From an uncultured virus (IMG/VR IMGVR_UViG_3300010885_066780) (Duplodnaviria > Heunggongvirae > Uroviricota > Caudoviricetes), in IMG/VR virus record IMGVR_UViG_3300010885_066780: a stretch of 64,000 bases of DNA. One strand, given 5' to 3'. Numbering within the stretch: the stretch's first letter is position 1; the number at the start of each line of letters is the position of its first letter. The translations under genes and the position numbers were made by a program. This document shows, in pieces, positions 33,536-43,855 of this stretch. The notes under the pieces were generated by a model. The model worked only from the letters and a program-made list of their open reading frames with translations. It did not search any database and was not told where the DNA came from.

Positions 33536-33971
33536 CATTCAATGTAGTTCTTAATTTCCAGCGATGCATCTGATGTGCATCCAGCCTTTCAGCCAAATAA
33601 TTCATCAATGCTTGATTATTGGCAGTTTCTGCAGCATCAAAAACAGTCTGTAGTAGAACCAACATGGATTCATGATCAACCAATAATTGTTTTAAATATT
33701 CTGTTGCAGACAATGCCACGGTGAAATCCTCAAAGATTGTTTTTTCTTGAAATTCAGCTAGGCCTGCTGGTACGAAAAAATCCAAGCGTCGTATTTTTTC
33801 TGCAATGGTATCTACTTGTTCGTAGATATCTTCATATTGTTCTAAAAAAAGGGCATGTAGTGATTGAAAGAACATGCCTGAAACGTTCCAATGTGCAGCA
33901 TGAGTTTTCAAGTAGAGTGAGAAATTGCTGGCCATTAGAGTCCGCATGTGATCAATTAATTTTTCAGACAT
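33525..33971 (-). CDS. dps: Dps / ferritin-like DNA protection protein
   Basis: KTH..HWNV.G..F..LH..F.EQY, D..AE.IR, H...W. Confidence 0.9.
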   Translation of the reverse strand: MSEKLIDHMRTLMASNFSLYLKTHAAHWNVSGMFFQSLHALFLEQYEDIYEQVDTIAEKIRRLDFFVPAGLAEFQEKTIFEDFTVALSATEYLKQLLVDHESMLVLLQTVFDAAETANNQALMNYLAERLDAHQMHRWKLRTTLNAIK

Positions 33972-34506
33972 TGAAATCCTCTATTTTTGATGGGCATTTA
34001 AATGAATGTCTAAACACTTTTATGGTGGATCGATCAACTTCATCATTATATTCTTCATTGACATTATAATCGTCAGTAACATCCTGATTTTGATCTTTCA
34101 AACATGTAGTGCCGGGAAAATCATGCTGCATGAATTGTTCCAAATCAGCGCCATGCATTGTCAGTCCATTGGGATTGTTAGTATATTTGGGTGCATTGAC
34201 AAAACAATCCACTGTTGCAATTAACATGCCATCTGAATCTCTATAATAATCATGTCGTTCATTTACATCTAGATCAGAAGGCAATGACAAATTTTGCGCA
34301 AATCTAAATAATTCGTCATCAAATTTAACTTCAGGTGGTGCCGCCTTCTTTTTGAAGAAGTTAGGCATTTTAAAATTGGGCATTTTAATTTCACTAAGAG
34401 GATCAGCTGTTCTTTTCAAAAGACTCCGTCGTTCTTGTAAATTTTGTTTATTACTATCAATGTCATTAAATGTATTTAAAATTTTGCGAATATCTTCTGC
34501 ACTCAT
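33964..34506 (-). CDS. hypothetical protein with MSAEDIRK-type N-terminus (probable internal head protein)
   Basis: N-terminal motif shared with several ORFs in the window; late motif upstream. Confidence 0.55.
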   Translation of the reverse strand: MSAEDIRKILNTFNDIDSNKQNLQERRSLLKRTADPLSEIKMPNFKMPNFFKKKAAPPEVKFDDELFRFAQNLSLPSDLDVNERHDYYRDSDGMLIATVDCFVNAPKYTNNPNGLTMHGADLEQFMQHDFPGTTCLKDQNQDVTDDYNVNEEYNDEVDRSTIKVFRHSFKCPSKIEDFNV

Positions 34507-34560
34507 AATAGTCTCCGATTATAAGACTATTTATACAAATTCAAGGAAAACAATTGATTG

Positions 34561-34635
34561 TGGCAGGCCGACCCAGAATTGAACTGGGAATAAAAAATTA
34601 GAAGTTTTCTGTGATCTCCATTTCACCATCGGCCT
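34561..34635 (-). tRNA. tRNA-Arg(TCT)
   Basis: AGGCCGA/TCGGCCT acceptor, anticodon loop CTTCTAA, TTCAATT T-loop, encoded CCA. Confidence 0.85.
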
Positions 34636-34667
34636 ATAAAATTGTATACAACTAATTTAACAGAAGA

Positions 34668-35687
34668 TCAACCTATTGCAGCAATTAATTCAGGTATTTC
34701 CCAAACAGGTTCCATAATTACAGGGTTATCGCTGAAAACCGGATCCAATTTTTCTGATATTCGGTCTAATATTTCTGAAAATTCTAGTCCGTTTATATCC
34801 AAGTGTATGATTTCAGATGTTGAAGAATAATAATTTATAACTGTTTGAGTTTCTTGATGAAATTTGTCTAATATTGATTTAATTCTATTTTGGGGGAAAT
34901 ATTTTTTTAGATTTTTTGTAATGTTTTTTAAATTCAAGTTTAAATTGATTACTAAATTCGGAGTCACCGACATTTCCATCAACCATTTGATGTCTGCGGT
35001 TGTCTTAGGGTATCCATCAAAAATAAAACCATTTTTTGTGTCGGTGTTTAATAGTCTTTCTCGAATTATTTCGGCAGAGATATAATCTGGAATTAAATTT
35101 TGTTGCATCAAATATTCATTTGCTCTTATTGCTAGTGGATCAGATTTTGCAATCCCAATATTAACTAATTCAATTAGGCTGACATATGGTATTTCATAAA
35201 TTCTAGCTAGTTCACGACACAGCAGTGTTTTATTTGAACAGGGTGGACCAATTATGGAAATTATTGGACACTTGTTTTGGATTGTTTCAGTAACTTTGCG
35301 TGGATTCATTGCTTGTGCATAATCTTCAAGTCCACGGAATACAGGCACGCCCAGCATTTTTTCCAAATCTTCATCAGATCCCACGGTTTTTTTGGGAATA
35401 ATTACTATGGTGTTTTTTCTAACAAGTTTGATTTGATCCAGTATCATATCAATCGTAATCCAATTTGACGTACTCACATTTATAATTTGTATTTCATACG
35501 TAAAGTCAACTGGTGTAATTGATTTTAACATTTTTTGAAGCCCAGTACATTCTAGGCTAGCTGATACGATAATAACATGTTGTGATTTCAGATGCTGAAA
35601 TTCTAAAAGTTTTTGGCGATTTGTTGATTCATATTGATTTCTTGAACAGATTTCTAAAAGATCATATAATTTCAAAGACGTCACCAT
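34668..35687 (-). CDS. adenylate kinase-like protein with an extra N-terminal domain (DUF6513-like)
   Basis: IIGPPCSNKT degenerate P-loop, GFIFDGYPKT, IPD motifs; N-terminal DFTYEIQ...GVPVFRG segment. Confidence 0.7.
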   Translation of the reverse strand: MVTSLKLYDLLEICSRNQYESTNRQKLLEFQHLKSQHVIIVSASLECTGLQKMLKSITPVDFTYEIQIINVSTSNWITIDMILDQIKLVRKNTIVIIPKKTVGSDEDLEKMLGVPVFRGLEDYAQAMNPRKVTETIQNKCPIISIIGPPCSNKTLLCRELARIYEIPYVSLIELVNIGIAKSDPLAIRANEYLMQQNLIPDYISAEIIRERLLNTDTKNGFIFDGYPKTTADIKWLMEMSVTPNLVINLNLNLKNITKNLKKYFPQNRIKSILDKFHQETQTVINYYSSTSEIIHLDINGLEFSEILDRISEKLDPVFSDNPVIMEPVWEIPELIAAIG

Positions 35688-35714
35688 TGGGTTATAAAGG
35701 TATTTATGCCTGGA

Positions 35715-36128
35715 TTATTTTTTCTTCCCTAATTCAGTCAAGTCAGAACCTGGGGTTATATATTGGTAACTGCCTTTTGAAAATGCGGGAGCAACTTGCT
35801 TGGCTTTTTGTCGAGCTTGATCTAATGCTGCTTTCTCACGAGCCTGCATTTCATCATCTTCAATGTCTCGTTTCCATTCGGATAGAAAAACAGATTTTTG
35901 AAATCCCGAGCCGGGAATTTGATCGCTGGCTTTTTGGCTGGGTTGATAAATTTCTCGATTTTCTTTGAATTTTTTCTTCACTGCTAATTGTGAGGAATGC
36001 AGTCCTTGTTTCTTCAACCAAGCATCATGTTCTGCCTGTGCCGCTTGTTGCTTTTTGGTAGGTTTTGATTTTCGATTATATTTTGTTGTTGTCACAAAAA
36101 TTGGTGCCAATGCCATGAAATTCTCCAT
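35715..36128 (-). CDS. basic hypothetical protein
   Basis: C-terminal APAFSKGSYQYIT motif. Confidence 0.6.
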   Translation of the reverse strand: MENFMALAPIFVTTTKYNRKSKPTKKQQAAQAEHDAWLKKQGLHSSQLAVKKKFKENREIYQPSQKASDQIPGSGFQKSVFLSEWKRDIEDDEMQAREKAALDQARQKAKQVAPAFSKGSYQYITPGSDLTELGKKK

Positions 36129-36132
36129 TCAT

Positions 36133-36157
36133 AAAAAAAGCCGGGTTGCCCCGGCTT
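36133..36157 (-). terminator. intrinsic terminator after the OMP gene
   Basis: AAGCCGGG-GCAA-CCCGGCTT followed by a T tract on the minus strand. Confidence 0.8.
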
Positions 36158-36173
36158 CTTCTATTGATCAATT

Positions 36174-36773
36174 TTAGAACTTATGTGAAACTGCAACACT
36201 AAATTCATTAGTGTTGTCATTAGCTTGCCAATTGGTAAGTGCAGTGTGGTTACGGTAGTAATTTAGTGAAACAGTTGTATTTGGTAGAACTGCATAATCA
36301 GCGCCGAGTTGGAATCGACGTTGTTCAGAAAATTTATTACCAAATCCTTCACGTAGGCGATAACCTGCAACTAGATTAAACTTTGTATCAACTGCAAAAG
36401 CAGCTGAACCAGATACACCATAGAACAGGTTGTTCGTGCCAGGCTGGATAGAATCACCAACTTCAACACCGCCAGTAAAAGTAACATTCTTTAGTACCGG
36501 AACCAGAGTGGGAGTATAGTCACGCGTGGCAACCGCTGAAACATTAGTTACAACGACACCATTGTGATTAGCTTGGAAGGTTTCAACTTCAACACCAGCT
36601 TGGGTGTTAAAATAACTCTTTTGTGTTGCACGAAGACGGAATGCACCAAAATCAGTAGACTTATCTGAAACTGCTGACTTGGCTTCAACAGTAACTTGTT
36701 GAGCTGATGCAGCAGTAGCCAGAGCGACCGCAGACACAGCAGCTAGGCTAGCTAGAATAATTTTCATTGTCAT
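36174..36773 (-). CDS. outer-membrane beta-barrel protein
   Basis: Sec signal peptide (ASA|QQ), amphipathic strands, C-terminal VSHKF. Confidence 0.75.
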   Translation of the reverse strand: MTMKIILASLAAVSAVALATAASAQQVTVEAKSAVSDKSTDFGAFRLRATQKSYFNTQAGVEVETFQANHNGVVVTNVSAVATRDYTPTLVPVLKNVTFTGGVEVGDSIQPGTNNLFYGVSGSAAFAVDTKFNLVAGYRLREGFGNKFSEQRRFQLGADYAVLPNTTVSLNYYRNHTALTNWQANDNTNEFSVAVSHKF

Positions 36774-36848
36774 ATATTTTCCTTTGTTTGAAAGTTTAAG
36801 GGTATAGACCCTTTCACTAAACAAATGTAAGCAATGCTAAGCTATATG

Positions 36849-37484
36849 TCAATTATCTACCGGAGAAATATATCCGGTCCATCCCACAATTTCATTTGCT
36901 GATCGGTTTGGTGTTGCTTTGACAAATGCCAATGTGATTCGGTCAGTGTATTGATGTTGAAATGAAAATGTCATTTCAAATGTACGCTGTTCTTCAATTG
37001 CTCGGTCCCATTCAGTAATAACTCGGTTTCTATCAGTTTCCAACACGGAATTAATCCAACCATGTCCTATTAGATCCGGCAATGTTCTTCCACTCATACT
37101 CAAATAAGCTGAGTTTACCCAAATAAACTGTCCCTTGTTGTCTGTTTCAAAAATTGCCATGTCGTCTCGATCAAGTATTCCCAATATGCGATCATTTAAA
37201 ATGATTTGTCTGCGATCCAATCGGTTAATTGTATCACGCAGGCTACTGCCGTCATTGGTATATAATTCCTGCAAAATTTTTTCATTTTGTTTGAGAATGA
37301 TCCATGGCAATTGGATTGGAGTAGTAACCCAATTCAAAAATGCAACGATTCTCATTAATGCATTGTACGCGGCCCCTCTGATTGCAGAATTCATAAGAAA
37401 GGTCAGAGATCCAACTAATCCAGATAATATGGTTTTAATTAAGTCAACATGTACAATTATGAAGTGTATTATATTGTGGAACAT
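36849..37484 (-). CDS. membrane-anchored PAS-domain protein
   Basis: N-terminal hydrophobic segments, NDGSSLRD, TD.KG....VN.AY..., LIG.GW, W..A. Confidence 0.75.
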   Translation of the reverse strand: MFHNIIHFIIVHVDLIKTILSGLVGSLTFLMNSAIRGAAYNALMRIVAFLNWVTTPIQLPWIILKQNEKILQELYTNDGSSLRDTINRLDRRQIILNDRILGILDRDDMAIFETDNKGQFIWVNSAYLSMSGRTLPDLIGHGWINSVLETDRNRVITEWDRAIEEQRTFEMTFSFQHQYTDRITLAFVKATPNRSANEIVGWTGYISPVDN

Positions 37485-37563
37485 CTGCGCATCTCAATTA
37501 TTCTACCCAAACATATTTATCTATATGAGCTTTTGGGAGAACACTGCATTTTATGCGTAGTGA

Positions 37564-37839
37564 TTAATTTATTGAATTTAAGGTGGATAGCAATGCGACA
37601 CTGATAATATCACCATCTATGTGATCAAAGCTGATAGTATTTAATTTTGCAACTACGTCCACACCGTTGAATTGAAGACATTCTTCTTCAGTTAGTTGAA
37701 AATTTTCATCAGTTGCCAAATAAATCTTGTGTCCTGCGGGTGTCACCAGAAAAGCCCCGTTTCCAATATTGTCTAAATGAAAGCGGCCGCGTTGTTCGTA
37801 TAATTGAGAGGTGATTGTAGCAAATTGATATTGATCCAT
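37564..37839 (-). CDS. hypothetical protein
   Basis: 91-aa ORF with AAGGAG RBS. Confidence 0.5.
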   Translation of the reverse strand: MDQYQFATITSQLYEQRGRFHLDNIGNGAFLVTPAGHKIYLATDENFQLTEEECLQFNGVDVVAKLNTISFDHIDGDIISVALLSTLNSIN

Positions 37840-37953
37840 CGTTCATCTCCTTGAGTTTCTCATTATTTATCTTGGTTCTGCTTATTTTGGTAATTAAGAA
37901 ACGTTCAACGTAGGTAGGTCCTCAAGTTTTAGAAATTTTCTGTTTTTTGTCAA

Positions 37954-39210
37954 CTACTGCCTGGATTGATCTTGCGTATTGTTTCTAAATTGCATGATTT
38001 GTAGGAATTGTTTCAAACCACGAAAGTTAGCTTCCCGGTCTTCAATCCCATGTAAAGTTCGATTAATGGGTTTGGTAACAGTTTTTGTGTCTTCAAAATT
38101 GTCTGTTTTGGCGGCAACATGCGTTTTCCAAAACCAAATGGTGGTTTCAGCTGCAATCTTGGGATCTCGTTCAACCAATTCTGGATGTGCTTCAAGAGGC
38201 AAGTTTAGGGCTTGTCCAGCCCGCCGATAATTATCTCGACCAGTTAATTGAATATACCCACGTCCATAATATTTTGCGCCATCTCCAGGGTGTTCATTTC
38301 CCAATATTTCAGCAGTTTCAGGATTATGTCTACGATCATATTGCTGCATGAAATCCTGTCGAGTGCCATGTTCTTTTAAAGTTGTAAAATTGGCTGTTTC
38401 ATGAGCGCATTGAGCAATTAGTTGTAGAAGTTCCATGCCCTTTATACCATGTCTTTGAGCAGATTCCAGCAATTCTTTTGCTAATGGCCGTTGTAGAAAT
38501 TCAACTACTTTTTCCACTTCTGTTGTGATTTGTGGTTGCGCCTGGTTTTGACGAACTACCACTGGAGTGGGATCATCTGATGGTTTTCTGGGATCACTGG
38601 TGTTTTCCAGTGGTCTAAAATTTCGATCAAGTGTTTGTTGAATGTAATCTTGATTCATGTTGATTGCTTGACTCAAGATACCTGCTGACGTAAGAATCGC
38701 AGCAGCTGAAATCCCCAGTGATTTTAAAGATTCTGTTAGTTCGTGATCTTCTTCATGTAAAAAACAATCAGCTAATTCTCGGCAAATTTGTTGAATTTCA
38801 GTGTTATTAGTATAAGCTATTTCAAAATTTGGATTAGATAATGTTTGACTGGGATCCTGGTATCCCACATAAACTTGGCAATCTGGTAAACTTTCAATTA
38901 GGGTCTCACAATCAGAGTTAAGTCTGTCTGTCATAGAATCACTGCATGGACTCAAAGTCACGACGATAAGTGAATGTTCAGGCAAGTAACCAAATCGGTT
39001 CCGAAAAATATTTACGGCAGTTCTTTCTGCGTGTTGCCATTTGCCAGATTTTTTGATGCTGGTCGCCGTGGTTTTGTATCCGGTTTCACGATCAATATAT
39101 GCAGCCCCAACTAATCCCCATTTTTCAGGATCGATTTTTTGTCGTTCAATTACGAGATCACATAAATTGATTAGTATTCGGTCTAATTGGTTTCTATTAT
39201 ATGTTTTCAT
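37954..39210 (-). CDS. fusion: N-terminal zinc deaminase-like domain + C-terminal GH19 peptidoglycan hydrolase
   Basis: HAE...TLSPC...C; AQCAHET, LGN..PGDG.KY.GRG.IQLTGR.NY, WFW, IN. Confidence 0.8.
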   Translation of the reverse strand: MKTYNRNQLDRILINLCDLVIERQKIDPEKWGLVGAAYIDRETGYKTTATSIKKSGKWQHAERTAVNIFRNRFGYLPEHSLIVVTLSPCSDSMTDRLNSDCETLIESLPDCQVYVGYQDPSQTLSNPNFEIAYTNNTEIQQICRELADCFLHEEDHELTESLKSLGISAAAILTSAGILSQAINMNQDYIQQTLDRNFRPLENTSDPRKPSDDPTPVVVRQNQAQPQITTEVEKVVEFLQRPLAKELLESAQRHGIKGMELLQLIAQCAHETANFTTLKEHGTRQDFMQQYDRRHNPETAEILGNEHPGDGAKYYGRGYIQLTGRDNYRRAGQALNLPLEAHPELVERDPKIAAETTIWFWKTHVAAKTDNFEDTKTVTKPINRTLHGIEDREANFRGLKQFLQIMQFRNNTQDQSRQ

Positions 39211-39378
39211 CTTTTATTTATTGAAATTCCAGAATAGAACACCTTCTAAATAAGTGATAATTTTCAAAAAGGTGTTGCAAATTGAAATTGAAATCCATAC
39301 AATAAAAAGGTTAAACATTTAATGAGGAATTAATATGTCTAAATCTGAACAAACTGCAATTGCTATAGTACCTCAAAT

Positions 39379-40698
39379 CATATAATATCTTAAGTATTTA
39401 AGATATCATTACTATTATGATTGAGTCTTTGTTTTTTTCCAAGAGAACTATTTGTACCCTTGTGTGTTTTCTTAGTTAGAGCGCCGAGACCTCTAGTCAA
39501 GATATTACGTGCGGCATTAGTATCTGCGTCGCTGACGTAACCACAATGTACACACACGAAATACTCGCCCCTACGACTATCTGCGTGTACATGCCCGCAT
39601 TCGCTACACCTCTGCGAGGTATAGGCAGGATTTATCCGAAATACATGAACGTCATGTTCAGCAGCTAACTCCTCTATCCGGTTGTTGATATAACTTAAAC
39701 ACCATGCATGGTTTTTATATCCCCAACTTTTACTTGTTTTCATACCAGTTAAATTTTCAGTAATTAAATAATCAATAGCATCAAAATTAATATCTCTCTT
39801 TAACGAGTAATTGATTTCATTACGTAAAAAATTTCTAGCTCGTTTTTGTGCTTTACTACCGTGTTTCTTTGAAGCAACAATATCCATGATTTGATCAATT
39901 GGCAATCCCCTTTTATGAGTTGTTTCCATATGACCATCATCTCTAGCAATCAACTTTTTTCTACCAATGTCAATTGCTTGAATCTTAGTTATGTCATTAC
40001 CGGTATTAATTGGTTTGTGAAAATAAAATCCCAGTGATCCATCATTATTCACACGTAACGAATTGGTTTTTAAAACAAATCCCCTGTCAATTAATTTTTT
40101 CATATGACGCGTTAACACAAGCGGAATATAAAAATTGCCTCTCATGAAAGAAGTTATTTTAATCCAATATTCACAAATAGTTGTATCTTTTGATTTTTCT
40201 ATTGAAATAAATCTTGAATCCAGTTCAATATTAACACTTTTTATATCAATTTGTAATAGGCCCGAATTATATTTTTCCAATATCTCTCTTTGATATTTTT
40301 TTAAATTTGTTGCGTTTTTAGCTAACTTGACTTTATCTGTAATAGATCTAGCTATTGCTACTGCTTGTTTGGCTAGAACTTGGCTCATTCGAGCAGGAAA
40401 TGGCAATGCTGCAACTATTTCTTTGGGAAGAAAGTTTGGTATTTGATCAAAATCATATATTAATTGGTTGATTAATATATGCAATTCAAATTTATATAAG
40501 TCGAAAGGAGTAGTCAAACGTGTTTGTTTCCCAGTATTCGCCAATACGGGATTATAATTACTAATGCGGATATTGTTTTTATTGGGTTTCTTCGCCATTA
40601 GTCAATTCCAACTATTTTTTGTCCATAACTTTATGTTTCGTACTTGTATTTATACTAGAAATATAGTATTATTTGCGATATGAATGAAAATAAATAAT
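39379..40698 (-). mobile_element. TnpB-only (IS1341-like) insertion element
   Basis: Boundaries inferred from the restored HTH reading frame (about 3-nt AAT ambiguity); no tnpA. Confidence 0.65.
39390..40598 (-). CDS. tnpB: TnpB RNA-guided endonuclease
   Basis: RuvC I AIDIG, RuvC II TENL, NPAYTSQRCS.CG...F.C..CG...DAD.NAARNI. Confidence 0.9.
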   Translation of the reverse strand: MAKKPNKNNIRISNYNPVLANTGKQTRLTTPFDLYKFELHILINQLIYDFDQIPNFLPKEIVAALPFPARMSQVLAKQAVAIARSITDKVKLAKNATNLKKYQREILEKYNSGLLQIDIKSVNIELDSRFISIEKSKDTTICEYWIKITSFMRGNFYIPLVLTRHMKKLIDRGFVLKTNSLRVNNDGSLGFYFHKPINTGNDITKIQAIDIGRKKLIARDDGHMETTHKRGLPIDQIMDIVASKKHGSKAQKRARNFLRNEINYSLKRDINFDAIDYLITENLTGMKTSKSWGYKNHAWCLSYINNRIEELAAEHDVHVFRINPAYTSQRCSECGHVHADSRRGEYFVCVHCGYVSDADTNAARNILTRGLGALTKKTHKGTNSSLGKKQRLNHNSNDILNT

Positions 40699-40828
40699 AC
40701 TTAGAGCTGGTCGTTCATATGATGAAGCCAGTCAAATCACAGGTGTATCTCTAGAACGACTGTACCAACTCTGGAAAGAATCTCAAGGAGCGAAATAAAA
40801 CTGTTGATGCAACAACAGAATATATTTT

Positions 40829-42953
40829 TTATGCTGTGACTGCGGATCCAGTACCAACAATATTTCCAAAATTCACAATCGCTCCTCCAAAATTCTTTTG
40901 TCCGGCAGTAATTGCACTATATGCACCTGTGATCTTATAAGATTGTCCAGATGTTCCATATAGCACTGCACTGCCAACCAACATAGACGAAACAGTAGAA
41001 GTCAATTCTTCTCTATATTGTATACCTGTATTACCATAGCATAATATTTGTCCTATATGTCCAAAAACAGTGGCTCCTGTATTTGATCGAACATATACGC
41101 CAGCACCACCATTTAAAATAGATTTGGCAACCCCAATCGTAGTAGTACTACTTGAATCAATGTTGATTCCATCACCAGACCAATTTGTGGCATGTAAATT
41201 ATTAAATGTATTGTTGGATACTGCTAATATTTGTATGCCAATGCCATTGGTTCTTCCGGAAGTTACATATGCTGATATTTTGTCCCAATCACAATTTTGA
41301 CATCCATATATATAAACTCCGCCGCCAGGCGTTTCGTAAACACTTATATTAGTAAACGAAGATGCGATTTCTCCATTAACAGATACTCCAAGTGCATTAC
41401 CACCAATCAGTGATAATCCAGTAACCCATATATTCAAATAGTGATTATTTGAGCCATTGGCATTTCCGGTAATATTAACTCCACCGCCATAACAGCCATA
41501 TGAATATAATTGGAATTTTCCATTAGTACACCCAGTTGTAACAACTCCAGTTCCAGTTATTGAATCAGCTTCAAAATTTTCAATACTCGGAGCACCCACA
41601 TTATATAAATGAAGTCCGTTTGCTGCAGGATAACTTGTTATAATAGAAACCAATCCTGCAAAGTTAGAGTTATAGCTAGCTGAAGCCCCGCCAGCGCCTG
41701 CAAAAGTATAAGTATAAGTATTGGCATTAGTAACCGTTATAGAATATACACCGTTAAATGCAATAGGAGTACATCCTGCGATCGCAACCTTTTGTCCAGT
41801 TGAATAACCATGAGAGGTGTGGGTTACGGTTGCAGTAGTACTTGATGATGTGATTGAAACAGTGGTTCTTATACCATATCCATAAACACCAGATGCATCT
41901 CTGATTTCAACTCCAATGGATGCTTGTCTTGGCAACCCTCCTGAAACAGAAGGTCTAGCAGCATTTGTGGAACCAATTTGTATTGCAGCCCACGTAATAG
42001 GATATACTGTTGCTGAAAGGCTCAATGGTTCAATCGTATCTCCTGTTCGAGATTCAGTACAACGCCAAAGTTGAACAAATCCCTGTGAATTGTAAATGGT
42101 AAACGATTGTCCACGTGGCAAGTATGAAGTTATATTTCTGAATTCTGCTCTAAATATATAGGTATAATCACTGTCATTATCCTGCCTTATCATCCAAGCA
42201 GCATTTACGCCATATATATATCTCGGATTTCTTGGAACCATTGTAGTATTCTTGATCCATTAGTAGCCCCTGTACCATAATACGTGACGACACCATGTGG
42301 GGTGGCATTTGAGCCTGGGGGAAAATTAAAAAATGTTCCATTCCCATATATGAAATTATTTGTGGTATACTGGCTCAAATAACCAATTCTAGCAAAACTA
42401 TCTGAACAAGTAACTATTTGGTTGGGTCCTTCAAATTCCATGCCCATTCCAGTACCCAGATCAACCTGCGCAGTATGTGTATATCCGGCTGAATTATAGG
42501 GTATCCAAACTCGTTTTTTGGTATTAAGTGCCTTTTGCAAAGCAGAACTAAAATTGTCAGTTCCAGGAATCCAATAATCCAATAATCCAATATGCTGACA
42601 CGATCACTGATACTGGCCGCGGGGGTTCTAGCAGTAGATCCAGTTCCAGAAGCTTGGTAACTCATATTATTGAATGCAGAAATAGCATTTGAAGCACCAG
42701 TACCACCATTGGCAATGGGCAATATGCCTGTTACACCAGTTGTGAGTGGTAGTCCGGTTGTGTTGACCAAGTTACCTGATGTGGGAGTTCCTAATAACGG
42801 AGTGGTTAACACGGGAGATGTTGATAAAACCACGTTGCCAGATCCAGTCGAGGTGGTCACTCCGGAACCACCTTGACTAATGGGAACGACCACATTTCCG
42901 GAATTGATAGTCGAGTTATTGGAGAATAAAATTAGATTACTGTTTAAAGACAT
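40829..42953 (-). pseudogene. tail fibre/spike gene split into three frames by two repeat expansions
   Basis: ORFs 42414-42953, 42205-42582 and 40829-42241 join in frame after removing one TATTGGAT unit (about 42569-42592) and one AT (about 42212-42221); N-terminus resembles the 18517 and 25133 genes. Confidence 0.8.
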
Positions 42954-43009
42954 TGTTCACCCGTCATTGTCTTATATTTATGCTACTTGAGTCAAGTGAT
43001 AAATAGTTG

Positions 43010-43855
43010 ATGCGACTACAAGACTTATTTGAAGATCCAATTTCTGATCTAGACCATTTGGGAGATTTCACCAAACCTGGACCATTCAGAAATCAATTGG
43101 ATAAAAAATTAGCAACTCATCCGGTTTCTCTGGAAAAAATTCGCAACTTTTTCAAAAACACTGATTGGGATATTAGACTCTACTTTTGTAATATAAGTGG
43201 TACCGGAAAACACGCCGAATCCGGACTGGCAAGTGATTTGGAATTAGAAAAAATTTTTGGCAAAGCGATTGCTGACCAATTGATGGCTGATAGAGATGAT
43301 CAGATCACCATGGTGTTTTTGGGGAACTCAGGAGCCGAAAGAATGCCACTTACGCCCTGGATTATTGCACATCGCATGGGGCATGCCATCAATGCCAGTA
43401 CAGGCAGTGCCAGCCGAAGCAATGCTGCTATCTATTGGCAAGAAGCTGAATGGGGTTTTTTTAGAGATGTGAATGAAGTTTTGAGAGATGTTTATGGAAT
43501 TAAAAATGTCAATACAAGAACTTTAATTTATGAAAGAACTCCAGAATATCGTGCTTTATTCAATTCAATTGGTACGCAAAAAAGTAGCCGAGATCACAAA
43601 ATCAATCGACCCTTTGAATTTCTCTATGAATCATTTGCACAATACCTGCATACTGGGAACATTGTCTACAATCCACTGCCCAGACAATTGGGCTTTGGGA
43701 AGCAAGCATGGGGCAAACCCACCAGATATCTGATAGCTGACTCTGAGATATCTGATGAAGAATTGGCAGACGCCAGCTGGAGAATAGCTAGTAATCTGGA
43801 AGCCAATTTTTATAATGTGATGGACGCCTGTCGTTCAGAAATATTTTTGATGTGA
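43010..43855 (+). CDS. hypothetical protein (MRLQDLFE N-terminus; probable internal head protein)
   Basis: P.TPWIIAHR.GH motif; ATAAATA immediately upstream. Confidence 0.6.
   Translation: MRLQDLFEDPISDLDHLGDFTKPGPFRNQLDKKLATHPVSLEKIRNFFKNTDWDIRLYFCNISGTGKHAESGLASDLELEKIFGKAIADQLMADRDDQITMVFLGNSGAERMPLTPWIIAHRMGHAINASTGSASRSNAAIYWQEAEWGFFRDVNEVLRDVYGIKNVNTRTLIYERTPEYRALFNSIGTQKSSRDHKINRPFEFLYESFAQYLHTGNIVYNPLPRQLGFGKQAWGKPTRYLIADSEISDEELADASWRIASNLEANFYNVMDACRSEIFLM

Larger units (their letters stand above)
39335..40798 (+). pseudogene. small HTH gene interrupted by the TnpB element
   Basis: Joining 39335-39378 to 40699-40798 gives MSKSEQTAIAIVPQILRAGRSYDEASQITGVSLERLYQLWKESQGAK*; GAGGA RBS upstream. 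Confidence 0.7.

Noticed and set aside
34561..34635. Amber suppressor reading of this tRNA
   Set aside because: The best 5-bp stem centres TCT; the CTA register needs a mismatch at the loop-closing pair.
39379..40698. IStron (group I intron-TnpB hybrid)
   Set aside because: Only about 110 non-coding nt flank tnpB, too little for a ribozyme, and the element is antisense to the interrupted gene.
40829..42953. Diversity-generating retroelement acting on the fibres
   Set aside because: No reverse transcriptase and no TR/VR pair differing only at adenines was seen.
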